Below are positions 63,301 through 64,000 of a stretch of 64,000 bases of DNA, piece after piece (positions within the stretch are counted from its first letter, which is position 1; each line of letters opens with the position of its first letter). This DNA comes from Dendrobates tinctorius. Its lineage: Eukaryota. Under the pieces are notes generated by a model that worked only from the letters and a program-made list of their open reading frames with translations, searched no databases and was not told where the DNA came from. Made by a program: the position numbers and the translations under genes. The stretch is from contig NW_027361692.1 in NCBI RefSeq assembly GCF_039654945.1, forward strand, positions 15,190,001-15,254,000, in the 5' to 3' direction.

Positions 63301-64000
63301 AGGGAGAGGTAAACATTGCAAATGCTGGGGCCCTGCCCAAGCAAGGGGGGCACACTCGTGGGCGTCGGTACTGGCACTGGGCCCCTCATAGTACGGCGGT
63401 GTGTCTGACGGCAGGTGTGCACCACCACTGTCAGAGACACTTTATTGCACTTTGAGGGACCCTATGCCAGTGCCCGCGCCCAAGAGTTGGCCTACCCACC
63501 TGTCCAGGGCAACGGGACTCGCACGGTTTTGTGCGCTAGGTGGTGACCCCGGCCATGGGGGGGGCCGCCCACTTAGGGAGGTTTACAAAGTGGCATATGT
63601 AGATGTGGGTCATTCAGCTGCTGCAAAAGGCGAAATAGGTCAAGTTCGCGGAATAGGAGGAGGACCAAAGCAACCTATGTGACATCAAGGGAAGGTGGGA
63701 CAAAATCCTTGGAAACCCATGCATGGTTCATTTTAATGAAGGTTAGATCATCCACATTTTGGGTTGACAGATGGGTCCTTTTTTCTGTCAGGATTGATCC
63801 AGCTGCACTGAAGACTCTTTCCGATAGCACACTTGCAGCTGGGCAAGCGAGCTCCTGTAAGGCATATTGTGCCAATTCAGGCCAGGTGTCCAGTTTAGCG
63901 GCCCAATAGTCAAAGGGGAATGACCCGTGCGGGAGAACATCGATATGGGAGGAAAAGTAGTTGTTAACCATAGTTGACAACTGTTGTCTCCTGTCACTTT

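Larger units (their letters stand above)
59409..64000 (-). mobile_element. Large hAT transposon, copy 2 (right end; continues beyond the window)
   Basis: TIR tagtgttgagcgac; 59409-60200 is the reverse homolog of ~21880-22815; transposase C-terminus at 63675-64000 (WPELAQYALQELACPAASVLSERVFSAAG). Confidence 0.9.

Overview
Vertebrate genomic DNA, probably from a frog (inferred from the repeat content). The only host gene is COL19A1 (collagen XIX alpha 1) on the minus strand: nine phase-0 GT-AG exons between 33319 and 58850 encode 180 aa, including the diagnostic [20 protein letters not shown] interruption. The rest is intron filled with nested transposons. These include a large degenerate hAT element (two copies) carrying satellites and a Gypsy-integrase fragment, with a diverged 18S rRNA fragment in one copy. 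There are also protease-only non-autonomous Gypsy LTR elements, solo LTRs, two diverged families of Penelope-like (Neptune-type, RT plus GIY-YIG) retroelements, L2 and Tc1 remnants and many MITEs. Highlights: (1) both Penelope-like families are two-ORF elements joined by a conserved A AAA AAC slippery site and downstream stem, a candidate programmed -1 frameshift; (2) a TSD-flanked exact dimer of a 401-bp unit, each copy with an intact minimal hammerhead ribozyme (retrozyme, possible circRNA source); (3) a 7.3-kb inverted Penelope insertion made in one event from an already nonsense-mutated template; (4) a hAT MITE containing a ~2.7-kb near-perfect palindrome. All calls were made by eye, without database searches.
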